50,420 nt of DNA, from contig CAZWQH010000001.1 in assembly GCA_964635815.1 (NCBI GenBank), forward strand, positions 1-50,420, written 5' to 3'. The stretch comes from an uncultured Sandaracinaceae bacterium. Lineage in GTDB: Bacteria; Myxococcota_A; Polyangia; Polyangiales; JADJQN01. The notes under the pieces are model-generated. The model worked only from the letters and a program-made list of their open reading frames with translations, did not search any database and was not told the origin of the DNA. How positions within the stretch are numbered: position 1 is the stretch's first letter; each line of letters starts with the position of its first letter. The translations under genes were made by a program, and so were the position numbers. Below are positions 7,458 through 17,433 of this stretch, in pieces.

Positions 7458-9829
7458 CTACAACCTAGAACCGCGAGCCCCACCAAGACGAGCAACCAAG
7501 GCACTGTGTGCGCACGGCGGACACGTAGTACCGAGCACCCACCTTGCAGATGCCGGCTCCGTTCCGTGTCCGCGTCGGGAGCCCGCGCATCAAACCGTGA
7601 GGTAGTGGCATCGCGGGACACAGGTGCGTCGGGTGACGTAGCTTCTGCATCGGGTACTCCGCCTTCCGTAAAGCCACCGTCTGCGGTACCGGCATCCGCA
7701 CTAGGCACACCGCCCGCGGCGACGAAGTCGCGATCACAGGAAGCACCTCCAGCGGCGAAAATGTGTCCTCCCACGGGTCCCGTCTTCGCAAAGCGAAGCG
7801 TCGCAGCTCCACCGATGTGCCTTACATCCACCACGACGCTGCGGGCGTCTTCGGACATCACCGTTGCTTCCGGTGTGTTCGTGCTGGCTGCGTCTGTGAG
7901 CGTGATCACGTGGAGGAAGTAGTCTCGGATCGCTTCAGTGCGCGGTGAGACTTCGATGCGGGTTCCGCCCGACTCCGTTTCGATGCGAGTGGGTGTTCGC
8001 GCGACGCCCACGACCGTGAAGTCACGGAGCACGGTGGTGTCTTGTTCCCGTGGAAGCACGGTACGTCCGGCCAGCCTTCCCTCGCCCACTGTCCAAGAGA
8101 ACGTCCCGCCCGGTCCGGTGGTCGGTGCGCCCAGTGCGTGGAGGAGGAACCGCTTCTCGTACGCCGCATCGGTGGAGCTCACGCGATCAAAAACTACGAG
8201 AGTGCTCGGGCGCAGGAATACAAACTGTCGCGAGACCTCGTCAACCTTGGGTTGGTTGCCGTCCGTTACGCGACCCGGGGATGAGTATGCGGCGGTCGCA
8301 TCACATGCGATGTAGTCGTGACAGTCGCTGTGCACGACGTGCTGAAGTCCGCCCGTCTCATAGAAGGGCCCGGATGTCAGGCGAGTCAGGTATGTCGGCA
8401 AGTCGAGAACCAATCGATACCGCCCCTCCTCAACCATGCGCAGGTTTCGCTGCCCGCCATCGTTGACGCTCTCCGATCGCCCGTTGAGTACCGTGAACAG
8501 CGACGGAAAGAACTCGTCCGGGCGTACAATCGCAAGCGTGTTCGCGTGCACGGACTTCTGCGCGTAGTAGTTCCACCAATGCCGACTATCGAAGTTGTCG
8601 TACGTTCCTGTGCTCCCCGTGAGCATTGACTTGCGAAACATCTGAAACGCACCGACTTCCAGGTGTTGATGCGCCGACAAGTAGTCACCGCACGAGACCC
8701 ACACATAGGTGGAATCGCGATCCCAGCCCGAGCGAACGACCGCGATGTCTTGGCTTCCTCGCCCAAGCCAACGGGTCGGAGGCAGATCAGCCAACCTCGT
8801 AGCCGTCGCTTCTCGCCCCGCATCGTAGAGCAGCGCCATGAGCCAACCCTGCGCTCCCGAGTAATCGTAGTAGGGCCGAGATCGCTCGCGCACGTGCATG
8901 GAGAGTCCTTGGCCAAGCGGGGAGCGAGACCCGTAGGTCAACATGTCGATGAGCCAGCGGCTGAACAGCTCGACGGTCTGCTTGGGGTCCGCTGTATCTC
9001 CGAAGTAGACGTACTTGTCATCGGGCCGGAGCGCGTACGCATGCATTCGTAGATAGCCTTCGACGAGATCTCCGTGATCGCGCGCGTAGGCATACAAGTC
9101 TTCGTCGGTCGCACTCGTCCACGCTGCGAGCGTCCAGGCGAGCGAACCGACCGTGGGTTGCACGTACGTGAATCCCTCGTGCCACCAGTCGCCCGCGTAC
9201 GCGATCGCCGGGAAGATCACGTTCTTCCATTGATTGTTCGCGAGCATCAACAACCGACGTGCGTCCGCATCGCGCGATGTTCCGGCCATCGCTAAACCCG
9301 CGATCGCCACCGCGCTCCATATGTTGTTCATGTCGTCGTGAAACACGTCGGTCGTGTTGGTTGCGGCGTACCAGTTCGCGTACGTCGTCATGCGCTCCAT
9401 CAACCAGTCGCGATCCGTCGTGGAAAGCTCGGGCCAACACCAATCGAGCGTAACGGCCATCTCGGCGACGACGCCGGTTTGATCGACGATGAATCCATGC
9501 GCATCCGGTATTCCCGGTTCACGCGTGGCTGCCTTTGTGCGGCAAAGGGCGACGGCCTGCGTACATTTCGCGGTATCGCCCGAAACGACATATCCGGCGG
9601 CGAGCCCGGCGGCTGGCCAAAGTCCGTCCCGCGCGCTCGATAGACCTGCTTGGCAACGTGCCATGTACGCGGGGTCCGAAGTGCAGCGCGATCGGTACGT
9701 CTCCACTGACGTGAGCCGCGGGCTAAACAAGAGCCGGGGGCGATCCGTTCGAACCGTGGGTTGAGCCACAGCTCGCCCAGCATTCGTTCCAACGAGGGCG
9801 AGCATCAGGACAAAAGGCGTCGACCGCAT
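7388..9829 (-). CDS. heparinase II/III-like (polysaccharide lyase-like) exported protein with MYXO-CTERM-like tail
   Basis: Start at ATG 9829 gives the signal peptide MRSTPFVLMLALVGTNAGRAVAQ. The central region (DYLSAHQHLEVGAFQMFRK...VHANTLAIV) is typical of heparinase II/III-like proteins. The tail QGGCSVLRV..WLLVLVGLAVLGCSCFRRRLRD has the Gly-Cys motif, helix and Arg cluster. Confidence 0.7.
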   Translation of the reverse strand: MRSTPFVLMLALVGTNAGRAVAQPTVRTDRPRLLFSPRLTSVETYRSRCTSDPAYMARCQAGLSSARDGLWPAAGLAAGYVVSGDTAKCTQAVALCRTKAATREPGIPDAHGFIVDQTGVVAEMAVTLDWCWPELSTTDRDWLMERMTTYANWYAATNTTDVFHDDMNNIWSAVAIAGLAMAGTSRDADARRLLMLANNQWKNVIFPAIAYAGDWWHEGFTYVQPTVGSLAWTLAAWTSATDEDLYAYARDHGDLVEGYLRMHAYALRPDDKYVYFGDTADPKQTVELFSRWLIDMLTYGSRSPLGQGLSMHVRERSRPYYDYSGAQGWLMALLYDAGREATATRLADLPPTRWLGRGSQDIAVVRSGWDRDSTYVWVSCGDYLSAHQHLEVGAFQMFRKSMLTGSTGTYDNFDSRHWWNYYAQKSVHANTLAIVRPDEFFPSLFTVLNGRSESVNDGGQRNLRMVEEGRYRLVLDLPTYLTRLTSGPFYETGGLQHVVHSDCHDYIACDATAAYSSPGRVTDGNQPKVDEVSRQFVFLRPSTLVVFDRVSSTDAAYEKRFLLHALGAPTTGPGGTFSWTVGEGRLAGRTVLPREQDTTVLRDFTVVGVARTPTRIETESGGTRIEVSPRTEAIRDYFLHVITLTDAASTNTPEATVMSEDARSVVVDVRHIGGAATLRFAKTGPVGGHIFAAGGASCDRDFVAAGGVPSADAGTADGGFTEGGVPDAEATSPDAPVSRDATTSRFDARAPDADTERSRHLQGGCSVLRVRRAHTVPWLLVLVGLAVLGCSCFRRRLRDTEILCNCRRTSEES

Positions 9830-9929
9830 ACGCAGAAGGTAAGGGATCGGATTGCGGATCGCGAGCTTGCGATTAGTCAGCCGCTGACTGGTCGAACAAA
9901 CGTGATCGTGCTCACCTTCGTTCAAACGC

Positions 9930-11012
9930 GTGTCTATAGCGACGGATCACCTCGAACGGTTGGGCGCAACACCGGAGCAGATTGCATCGTTTGCCGATGC
10001 CGAGCGACGAGGCCTGATCGCGGGTCGCATCGTCGGTCAGCTCGGCCCGGATCACCTCGTCGATATCGGTGACGCGATCGTACGCGCACGCGCAAGTGGT
10101 GCGATCCGGCACGAAGCAAGCGCATCGGAAGATCTACCTGCAGTCGGCGACTTCGTCGGAATCGTACCGGGAACGGGGGGTGGCGAAGGTCGTATCGCGC
10201 TCGTCGTGCAGCGCACGTCTCTGCTGCGAAGGCGATCCGCTGATTCCGAGTCTCAGGCTCAGACCGTCGCAGCAAACGTGGATGTCGTGCTCTGCGTGGC
10301 CGCGCTGGAACATGGATTCTCGATCCGCCGCATCGAACGTATGGTGGCAATCGCTCACGAAGCACCCGCGCGTGCGTTCGTCGTACTAGCCAAGTCCGAC
10401 TTGTGCGCCGACGTCGCGAGCAAGCTCAGCGAGGTGACCACGTCGATGCCTCGTGTCGACGTCGTTACAATCGGCACCGGGAAAGATGCTGGGTTGCCCG
10501 AGCTCACCGAAGCGCTTCCGCGCGGGAAGACCGCAGTTCTGATCGGTATGTCCGGCGCCGGAAAATCGACGCTCACGAATCGGTTGCTTGGAAGCAATCG
10601 AATGGCGGTCGCGGAAGTGCGCTCGTCCGATGCGCGTGGAAAGCACACGACGACGCATCGCGAGCTCGCGCACACTCCGTGGGGGGCGTTCATCATCGAT
10701 GGACCTGGGGTTCGTGAGCTCGGAGTCGTGGATGATGAAGGCCTCGAATCAACATTCGACGACGTCGCTGAGATCGCAGCGCGATGCCGCTTCTCGGACT
10801 GCGGTCATGCGAGCGAGCCGGGTTGCGCGGTACGTGATGCTCTCGCGGCAGGATCGCTCCGCTCCGACCGGTACGAAGCGTTCAAGAAGCTCACACAGGA
10901 AGCTGCATTCCTGCGTGCGCAAGAGGACCCAGCTGTGCGCCGGGCGCGCAAAGCCAAAGAGAAGGCGTTGACGTCAGCCGCGTGGCAAGCGTCGCGCAAC
11001 AAGAAGCGCTGA
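9930..11012 (+). CDS. rsgA: ribosome small subunit-dependent GTPase A
   Basis: Circularly permuted GTPase motifs: LAKSDL (G4), GMSGAGKSTLTNRLLG (G1) and IIDGPGVRE (G3). The C-terminal zinc knuckle is CRFSDCGHASEPGCAV. Confidence 0.9.
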   Translation: MSIATDHLERLGATPEQIASFADAERRGLIAGRIVGQLGPDHLVDIGDAIVRARASGAIRHEASASEDLPAVGDFVGIVPGTGGGEGRIALVVQRTSLLRRRSADSESQAQTVAANVDVVLCVAALEHGFSIRRIERMVAIAHEAPARAFVVLAKSDLCADVASKLSEVTTSMPRVDVVTIGTGKDAGLPELTEALPRGKTAVLIGMSGAGKSTLTNRLLGSNRMAVAEVRSSDARGKHTTTHRELAHTPWGAFIIDGPGVRELGVVDDEGLESTFDDVAEIAARCRFSDCGHASEPGCAVRDALAAGSLRSDRYEAFKKLTQEAAFLRAQEDPAVRRARKAKEKALTSAAWQASRNKKR

Positions 11013-11636
11013 CGGTCGCCGATCAGGACAGTCGTCCGGCACACGATGCTCGATGCCGTTGCGGGAGAGACGCCACAGCCCCGGCGTACCCGCTTGAACC
11101 GGCCCCTCGTACGAAGCGGTGAACGGCGCCGTACCGAAATCCGCGGCGCGCATCATGACGTTGCGAAACGAACACCGTGGGCCGTCGCTAGTCGTGACGG
11201 ACTCCGCGGTAAGAACTTGCCGCGTAATTGCCCCGCCCATCCACGTGAGGCCGAGTACTTCCGGACCCGCGCGCTCGAACTCTGCAGATACAATCGCCCA
11301 GCTTGTCAGTTCCGTCGCGCCATACACCGTTTGCCCTGAACTGGTGTCCCCACACGCAATGGAGATCTCTCCCATGTGGGTGACGCACGCCACGCGAAAC
11401 GATCGGAGCCGCACGCCGCTGCTTCGCCGTGAAGCAACTTCGCGAAGCTGCGCGACACGCTCTTCAAGCCGAGAAGGTTCCGGTGGCAACTCGGGCGCAC
11501 TGGGCTTTGCCGCCGAGGGCATCGCAACGCCGGGCGGAAGTCGTAGCGTGCGCTCACGCGGAGATCGATCACACGATGCGCTCGCAGCAAGACCCAGACA
11601 GAGAGCGACCGCTCGAATCAACATCCGGCGGTACAT
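10974..11636 (-). CDS. hypothetical lipoprotein, co-oriented 4 nt downstream of isocitrate lyase
   Basis: MYRRMLIRAVALCLGLAASASC provides a lipobox. The ATG at 11636 lies 4 nt after the aceA stop. The 3' end overlaps convergent rsgA by 39 nt. Confidence 0.6.
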   Translation of the reverse strand: MYRRMLIRAVALCLGLAASASCDRSPRERTLRLPPGVAMPSAAKPSAPELPPEPSRLEERVAQLREVASRRSSGVRLRSFRVACVTHMGEISIACGDTSSGQTVYGATELTSWAIVSAEFERAGPEVLGLTWMGGAITRQVLTAESVTTSDGPRCSFRNVMMRAADFGTAPFTASYEGPVQAGTPGLWRLSRNGIEHRVPDDCPDRRPSALLVARRLPRG

Positions 11637-11640
11637 ACCG

Positions 11641-13893
11641 CTAGCGCGAAATGAGCGCTTGCAACGCTATGCGATCCGCCTCGAGTAGCTCGGCAATCCG
11701 TGGAGGGTTGACGTCGGCCACGATGATCTCTCCAACCTCTTGGTTTACCGAAGAGAAGATCCCATGCGCCTTCATTCGCTCCGTTTGACGCTGGTTGTCG
11801 TGCGTGGGCGTGACGATGTGCACTGAGTTCGCCTTGTACCTATGAATCAAAAACAGATGGGAGAGGGTCATCAGTCGCTTCTGCCGAAGCTCGACGGCGA
11901 AGGTGTTCTGATCGCGAACGGACAAGATTACTTTGCCACGGCGATCCTGAATCTCCGCGAACACGATATTCGCCAGCTTCTCGCCCGTCGCAGAAACGAT
12001 CGCCAGCTCCAGCAAGTGCGAACCGACCGAGTGCGGCTTGAGTGTGACTTTCAGCTTTCCGTTGTAGTCCCAGCGCTTGCGCCACGTGTCGAGCCAGTCC
12101 TCGAGCAGCTTCGGCGGAACTTCGGTCTGAACGAGATGCTGAAACTGCGTGGACCCATGGCCCATGGCTTTGGTGCTCGAGGTACGACCGCTGAGAGACA
12201 AGAGTCCCGCATCCGCTCGCGGCCCGCCGACGAGCGTCTGTGGCGTGCGGTATGGAGATTCGAGAAGGCGGAACTTTCTTTGGAGCCGCGCAAGCGCAAG
12301 CATTCCATCCGCTTTCAGGGATGCAGCAAACTCCTCGCTCGCATGGCCGTCGACTTGATGACCACCATACGTGATGAAGTTGAAGACGAAGCCCATCTTC
12401 CCCAGCTCGAGAGGGAACTCCTTCATCTCGTAGTCGTTCATCCCAGTCGTGTCCCAGTTGAACGACGGGGATAGGTTGTACGCGAGCATCTTGCCGGGAA
12501 ACTTTGCGTGAATGGCGTCGGCGAATTTCTTCGCGTCGTGCAGATCCGCGGTCTTCGTCTCCATCCACAGAATGTCTGCGTAGGGCGCCGCAGCGAGTGA
12601 CTTCGCGATCGAGTAGTCGATGCCACATCGGATCTGGTAGTAGCCATCGGGAGTCTTGGCGTGCTCGCAATCCCAAGCAACGTCCACGCCCATCGATCGG
12701 GCGCGCTCGCGCGCCGAGAAGAATCCAGCCGTGCTGGCGAACGCCATCCACTCTTCCCGAGACATTGCGAGGTTCTGGCCCTCGCTCTCGCGGAACGACA
12801 TGCGAGCGGCAACCGCTTCCGCATAGGTCTTGATGCCTGCCTCATCCTGCCAAATGTCGACGAAAACGTTGAACGCCTTGTCGAACGTTGCGTCCACGCT
12901 CGTCGAGCCTGCTTTTGCGTAAGCGGCGGATAGCTCGGAAACTTGCGCGGAGATCCCTCGCTTGGTCAGCCATGCGTCGGCCGCGGCGTACTCTTCATCA
13001 CACACGGCAAAGAGTTGATATCCACTCAACTCCTCGATCCCTGCGCGATGAAACTGGCGCAGCAGTGCGAGGAACGCTGCTTTGAACGTGGGCAAGCTCG
13101 TGTTGATTGCACCGAGGATAAACGGCTGGTCGCGTTCGTCGCCCCTCCCGTCGAGCAGAGACGCAGACTCCGCGTCGGTACGCGCGACGATGATGCCGGG
13201 CACGCCCATGATATCGAGTTGAAACCGCGCAGCGGACAGACGCTTGATCTGTTCGTCTTCAGCGACCAGGACCTTGCCTCCTTGATGGCCGCATTTCTTC
13301 ACACCCGGCTTTTGATCTTCGATGTGGTAGCCAGGCACGCCAACTTCGACGAAACGCCGGATCAGATTGCGAACGTGTGCATCGCCGCCGTGGCCCGTGT
13401 CGGCATCGGCGATGATGAAGGGGCGATAGTCGACCTCTGGGCTCGCCTTTCGTTGTTCGTCCGTCATGCGCGAACGCGCGTGATACTGATTCCGATCCGC
13501 GGTCAGCAGCGCTCGCACGATGGGAGCGGCCTCGTCCGGAACCTGACTCAAGGGATAGCTCGCGAGATCCGGACCCGGGTCCTCGTTGATCGAGCCCTTT
13601 GCGCTCGTGGCCCAGCCTCCCAGATAGATGCCCTCGATGCCCGCGCGTTTGATCGCGACGGCTTGGCCAGGTGTGTAGGGCCCAAACGTCGTAATGCATC
13701 GCCGCTCAGCCTGAAGCTCTTGCAGCCGCGCGAAGAACCCTTCGGCGGCCATCCGCGCAACCGTGTAGTCCGGTCGAAGCGTGCCGCGCTGCTCCACCAC
13801 CTCACGAGCAGTGTGAATGCGCTTCAATCCTTTGAATCGTGGGCTCTCGAACCACTTCTTGAGCTCGGCGACGTCCTGCTCGAATCGTTCCAT
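11641..13893 (-). CDS. aceA: isocitrate lyase, long ICL2-type with C-terminal extra domain
   Basis: Carries the ICL signature KKCGHQGGK and the IIARTDA region. Total length is 750 aa from ATG 13893 ([15 protein letters not shown]). About 170 extra C-terminal residues (…[47 protein letters not shown]…) resemble mycobacterial ICL2. The upstream part of the ORF (to 14037) runs through the intergenic repeat and was rejected. Confidence 0.9.
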   Translation of the reverse strand: MERFEQDVAELKKWFESPRFKGLKRIHTAREVVEQRGTLRPDYTVARMAAEGFFARLQELQAERRCITTFGPYTPGQAVAIKRAGIEGIYLGGWATSAKGSINEDPGPDLASYPLSQVPDEAAPIVRALLTADRNQYHARSRMTDEQRKASPEVDYRPFIIADADTGHGGDAHVRNLIRRFVEVGVPGYHIEDQKPGVKKCGHQGGKVLVAEDEQIKRLSAARFQLDIMGVPGIIVARTDAESASLLDGRGDERDQPFILGAINTSLPTFKAAFLALLRQFHRAGIEELSGYQLFAVCDEEYAAADAWLTKRGISAQVSELSAAYAKAGSTSVDATFDKAFNVFVDIWQDEAGIKTYAEAVAARMSFRESEGQNLAMSREEWMAFASTAGFFSARERARSMGVDVAWDCEHAKTPDGYYQIRCGIDYSIAKSLAAAPYADILWMETKTADLHDAKKFADAIHAKFPGKMLAYNLSPSFNWDTTGMNDYEMKEFPLELGKMGFVFNFITYGGHQVDGHASEEFAASLKADGMLALARLQRKFRLLESPYRTPQTLVGGPRADAGLLSLSGRTSSTKAMGHGSTQFQHLVQTEVPPKLLEDWLDTWRKRWDYNGKLKVTLKPHSVGSHLLELAIVSATGEKLANIVFAEIQDRRGKVILSVRDQNTFAVELRQKRLMTLSHLFLIHRYKANSVHIVTPTHDNQRQTERMKAHGIFSSVNQEVGEIIVADVNPPRIAELLEADRIALQALISR

Positions 13894-13913
13894 CGTCTTC
13901 CCCGTGGCGGCGA

Positions 13914-13975
13914 CAGAAACACGCCGCGCCTTAGTTCTAGCGGCCAGAAACACGCCGCGCCTTAGTTCTAGCGGC
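13914..13975. repeat. perfect 31-bp tandem direct duplication in the malate synthase / isocitrate lyase spacer
   Basis: CAGAAACACGCCGCGCCTTAGTTCTAGCGGC occurs at 13914-13944 and again, abutting and identical, at 13945-13975. A partial third start (GAGAAAA) follows. It fills most of the 91-nt spacer. Confidence 0.95.
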
Positions 13976-13984
13976 GAGAAAATA

Positions 13985-15889
13985 CTACAAATCGAGATTC
14001 TCAGTGATACGAACGCCCTCGCGTTCGAGCTTCGCAAAATACATATCGATTCGCTCGCGCGCGCGTTCGATGTTCTCGTTACCGAGATTCAAATTGAGGA
14101 GGTCGATGTACCACGGACCTTTGATCGTATTTCGGACGTAGCGATCCACGATCTCTCGTGCGACCGGCAACGTCGTCCGCTTGGAGTCGTCGTGGACGTC
14201 CTTGTTTGTCGCCGCAATCAACTTTGCGTACTCCTCGTCGAGAAGACGCTGAAAGAGCTCCGCGCTGAGCTTGTCGCCCGCTTTCACTCCGGTCGCAGTG
14301 TCGTTGTCCGTGAACGTGGCGCCCTTGTGCATCCACTCCCAAAGGATCGACAGACGGATTTCGCCCGTTGCCATGTCCTCCATGAGGTAGAGAACGTCGT
14401 CGTTTCCAAAGAAGTCAGCCGGCTTGAGCGCTGCAGCTTGGTAGCCTCGCGCGAACGCATTCCCGTATTGAAGCGCTACGCTGATCAAATCGCGTGCGCC
14501 GCGAACCGTGCGCGCAGCGTTCTCGATCATTCGAAGCTTCTTCGCTTCCGTCCGTGTGTAGATCAGAGGATCGAACATACGACCGCGTTGATTCTTCTGG
14601 CCGGCCTTCTCCCAAATCGGCCGAATGATGTGGACCATCTTCCAGTGCGCGACCCACTTTCCGCTCGCGCCTTCGTTCTGCTCGCGCTCCCCTCCCGCGA
14701 CCGCGCGCTTCATTCCATTCGCGACACCGACCTCGGAGCCCACGGGAATGTTTGGCTCCATCCCCCCCTGCCAGAGGGCATAGTTCCCGTTCTTGTCCTC
14801 GGTATTCACGCACCGGCGAACACGGTCCTCGTACACCTTCATGTAACCGAACGTCATCGTGATGGCGTCGATGTTCGGGTTCACGAAGTAACCGTCCCAG
14901 GAGAGGGAATCGGAGACGCTGTTGATGTAATCCCAGCGCCCGGTGTTGAAGCCGATGAACCGCCTTCCGAGCACCGCGCGGATTTCCATCAGCTGAAAGC
15001 AAGCCTCGATTTGCTCGACGAGCACGTACGTTTTGATGGTGCTCGCTTCGAGACCTAGGTGCTGTTCCAGCGAGCTGAGAATGTCGTTCCACAGCGCAGC
15101 TTCTTCTGCCGTCTGGATTTTTGGCAGATACAAAACGATCGACGAGCCCGCCGCTTGCAGGACCTTGTAGTTGTTCGTTACGTAAAGCGCGACGTCCACG
15201 ATCGATGCGGAAAACCCCGAACCGTCCTGATCTCGAACGTGACGGTCATCGAGATGCAAGCCACGCGCGCGAAAGATCCGCGTGGTGAACTCTAGCTGCT
15301 GCTTCCAGTCGGAGATGATCTCTCTGCCCAGGAATCCCTTCGCCCATGCGTTCATCTCTTGCGAAACGGTTTCCGCAACGCGCATGAAAGGCTCCTGGCG
15401 CGCGAACGCAATCTTCAGATTGCGCTGGTTATCGAGCGACATCGTTCCGATCTGACCAAGCGCGTCTTCGCCATCGAACATCCATCCGTCCGCTCCGGAA
15501 AGCAGCGCGTACGCGACGTTGCGAATCCCGACTTCGACAGACGCCCCTGGTTTTGTCCCAGGACCCGTGCCTTGCACCCATTGCCGCTCGAGATCTTTGG
15601 GAATCACGCCGCCGTCGAACTGCCCGGCTCGTGCTTCTTTGACCGTGATGTTCGTTCGCGGAATGCGCACGTCGTTGGCGAGAAACTCGATGTACTTGCG
15701 ATCACGCATCCGCTGGAGGCGTCGGTCCATGCGGTCGCGCATGAGTCGCTGCCGGTCGACGTTCAGAGACGCCAGGGCTGCGATCGATTCGAGCGCAGCC
15801 GGATTGAGGACGTCTTCGTACTTTTCGACGAGTCCATTGCGGATGTTCAACCGGCCCAAATAGTTCGTCGTGGTGTTGGATGAATTCAA
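13985..15889 (-). CDS. aceB: malate synthase
   Basis: Motifs match malate synthase A-type proteins: [50 protein letters not shown], and an Asp/Arg-rich catalytic region. Start proposed at TTG 15889, preceded by GGCGAGG. No in-frame ATG lies near the expected N-terminus. The 819-aa maximal ORF is an overextension. Confidence 0.8.
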   Translation of the reverse strand: MNSSNTTTNYLGRLNIRNGLVEKYEDVLNPAALESIAALASLNVDRQRLMRDRMDRRLQRMRDRKYIEFLANDVRIPRTNITVKEARAGQFDGGVIPKDLERQWVQGTGPGTKPGASVEVGIRNVAYALLSGADGWMFDGEDALGQIGTMSLDNQRNLKIAFARQEPFMRVAETVSQEMNAWAKGFLGREIISDWKQQLEFTTRIFRARGLHLDDRHVRDQDGSGFSASIVDVALYVTNNYKVLQAAGSSIVLYLPKIQTAEEAALWNDILSSLEQHLGLEASTIKTYVLVEQIEACFQLMEIRAVLGRRFIGFNTGRWDYINSVSDSLSWDGYFVNPNIDAITMTFGYMKVYEDRVRRCVNTEDKNGNYALWQGGMEPNIPVGSEVGVANGMKRAVAGGEREQNEGASGKWVAHWKMVHIIRPIWEKAGQKNQRGRMFDPLIYTRTEAKKLRMIENAARTVRGARDLISVALQYGNAFARGYQAAALKPADFFGNDDVLYLMEDMATGEIRLSILWEWMHKGATFTDNDTATGVKAGDKLSAELFQRLLDEEYAKLIAATNKDVHDDSKRTTLPVAREIVDRYVRNTIKGPWYIDLLNLNLGNENIERARERIDMYFAKLEREGVRITENLDL

Positions 15890-16067
15890 GGAACCTCGCC
15901 CTGCGAAGCACGATCTGGGCCGAGGGCGGCTGACGTCAAGCCCAATGGTTATGTGGCGAACAGTTTCGAGACGCGCGAATGGTCGCTTTGCCCCACGGCC
16001 GATGTTGGGATAGGCGCTTGGCCAACGTAATCGGCGTTTTGGCGTCTCGACACCACGTAAGCAAACC

Positions 16068-16865
16068 GTGAAGTACCGCACCCACGTTCCACGTCTCGAG
16101 CTACGTCCCTTCGTGCAGACGATCTGGACGCTCGAAGGCGACGCCGGGCCTGAGCCACACGCGGAAGCGATCGTCCCGGATGGATGCATGGAGCTCGTGC
16201 TCCATTTCACGCGCTCCTTTTTCGACGCAGCCACAAATGACGCGAGGCCGTCTGCATTGTTGGTCGGTGCGATTCGCGAGCCCGTGTCGGTGGTAACGAG
16301 CGGAACAATCGACGTGCTTGGCATCCGCGTTACACCAGTCGGTTGCAGGACGATCTTCGGGACTCTTCCCAAGGAGGTCGTCGACCGCCAATGGAGCGCG
16401 ATCGATGTCGCCGGTCCTGCACTGAGAAACCTGATCGTGAGCATCGAATCTGCTGCGCCCCCCGATCGAGTTCCGCTCCTAGAACGTGGCCTGTTCGAGC
16501 TCGTCTGCAGGACGCGCCACCTTGACCCACTCGCGCAACGCGCGGTTCGTTCGATGGAGACGGTGTTCGGCGTCTTCGATGTCGCGAAGTTTGCTAACGA
16601 GGCGGGCTTGAGCGCGCGTCAGTTCGAACGACGCTTCGACGAGAGCGTCGGCATTTCTCCGAAATCACTCGCTACGGTGCTTCGCTTCCGAAACGTGTTG
16701 CGCGCCCTCGAACTACGATCGCCCAACTGGACACACGTTGCTGCGTCCCATGGATACTTCGATCAGAGCCATTTGATCCGCGACTTCCGTAGATACACCG
16801 GAACGACCCCTCAGAAATTCCTTGGCGCAGGTCACCCCATGAGCGATCTCTTCCTGACGCACTGA
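16068..16865 (+). CDS. AraC family transcriptional regulator (divergent from the glyoxylate operon)
   Basis: C-terminal AraC double HTH: FANEAGLSARQFERRFDESVGISPKSLATVLRF...GYFDQSHLIRDFRRYTGTTPQKF. GTG start. A 178-nt spacer separates it from the malate synthase start. Confidence 0.85.
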   Translation: MKYRTHVPRLELRPFVQTIWTLEGDAGPEPHAEAIVPDGCMELVLHFTRSFFDAATNDARPSALLVGAIREPVSVVTSGTIDVLGIRVTPVGCRTIFGTLPKEVVDRQWSAIDVAGPALRNLIVSIESAAPPDRVPLLERGLFELVCRTRHLDPLAQRAVRSMETVFGVFDVAKFANEAGLSARQFERRFDESVGISPKSLATVLRFRNVLRALELRSPNWTHVAASHGYFDQSHLIRDFRRYTGTTPQKFLGAGHPMSDLFLTH

Positions 16866-16964
16866 CGTGAGCGTTTCTGAGCTCTAAAGGCTGGTTTTTC
16901 ATGACGGAGGATAGAGCAGCACGATGCGTGCCTCCCTACCCCCGGCAACGAAACAAGTGGCGAA

Positions 16965-17360
16965 CTACTCCTTGTTGAACTGAAGCAGCTCGATCGAATT
17001 TCCGCTGGGGTCAGCGGCCACGATGAACGTTCCCAGAGGGAAGCGCTCGGGTTCGCTCACGATCAATTTCGCCCCGCGTGTGACCAGCCGCTCTCGCGTC
17101 GCAGCAACGTCACTGGTGGGAAGACCAAGTACCGCGCCACCCGGATACTGCGCGTCACGCTTTTGGCCTCCGGACAGGACGACTACCGATACGTCTGGCG
17201 TCCCGAGAACGAAGCCGTAGTCCCCCATGCTTTCCTTCTCGGGGAGTCCGAGCGTTTCCACGTAGAACGTTCGCGCGGCTGCGAGGTCGTGCACGTAAAG
17301 GGACAGCGATGCGATGCGGTTTTGGATCGAGCTCTTGTTCGGTTGGGTCTTGGTTGTCAT
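16965..17360 (-). CDS. VOC (glyoxalase/bleomycin resistance/dioxygenase) family protein
   Basis: 131 aa. Shows LSLYVHDLAAARTFYVETLGL and the C-terminal DPSGNSIELLQF typical of the VOC fold. GAGGTG precedes the ATG. Confidence 0.75.
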   Translation of the reverse strand: MTTKTQPNKSSIQNRIASLSLYVHDLAAARTFYVETLGLPEKESMGDYGFVLGTPDVSVVVLSGGQKRDAQYPGGAVLGLPTSDVAATRERLVTRGAKLIVSEPERFPLGTFIVAADPSGNSIELLQFNKE

Positions 17361-17433
17361 TTCGTCACCTCGTTGATGGCCTGAACGTAGGTGGCGATAC
17401 GGATTCGCGATTGTAAAAATCCGACACGGCGAG

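Noticed and set aside
12943-15058. Long + strand ORFs (340 aa at 12943-13965; 413 aa at 13817-15058)
   Set aside because: They lie entirely antisense to the strongly supported isocitrate lyase and malate synthase genes. Their products are Arg/Leu/Val-rich with no motifs. These are typical shadow ORFs of high-GC DNA.
15890-16444. N-terminal extensions of maximal ORFs: malate synthase to 16444, ICL to 14037, Ada to 39979, FG-GAP protein from 36096, peptidase from 39588, response regulator from 42010
   Set aside because: The extensions are Arg-rich. They cross intergenic repeats or overlap divergent genes. They also precede clear signal peptides, ribosome binding sites or the N-termini expected from family alignments.
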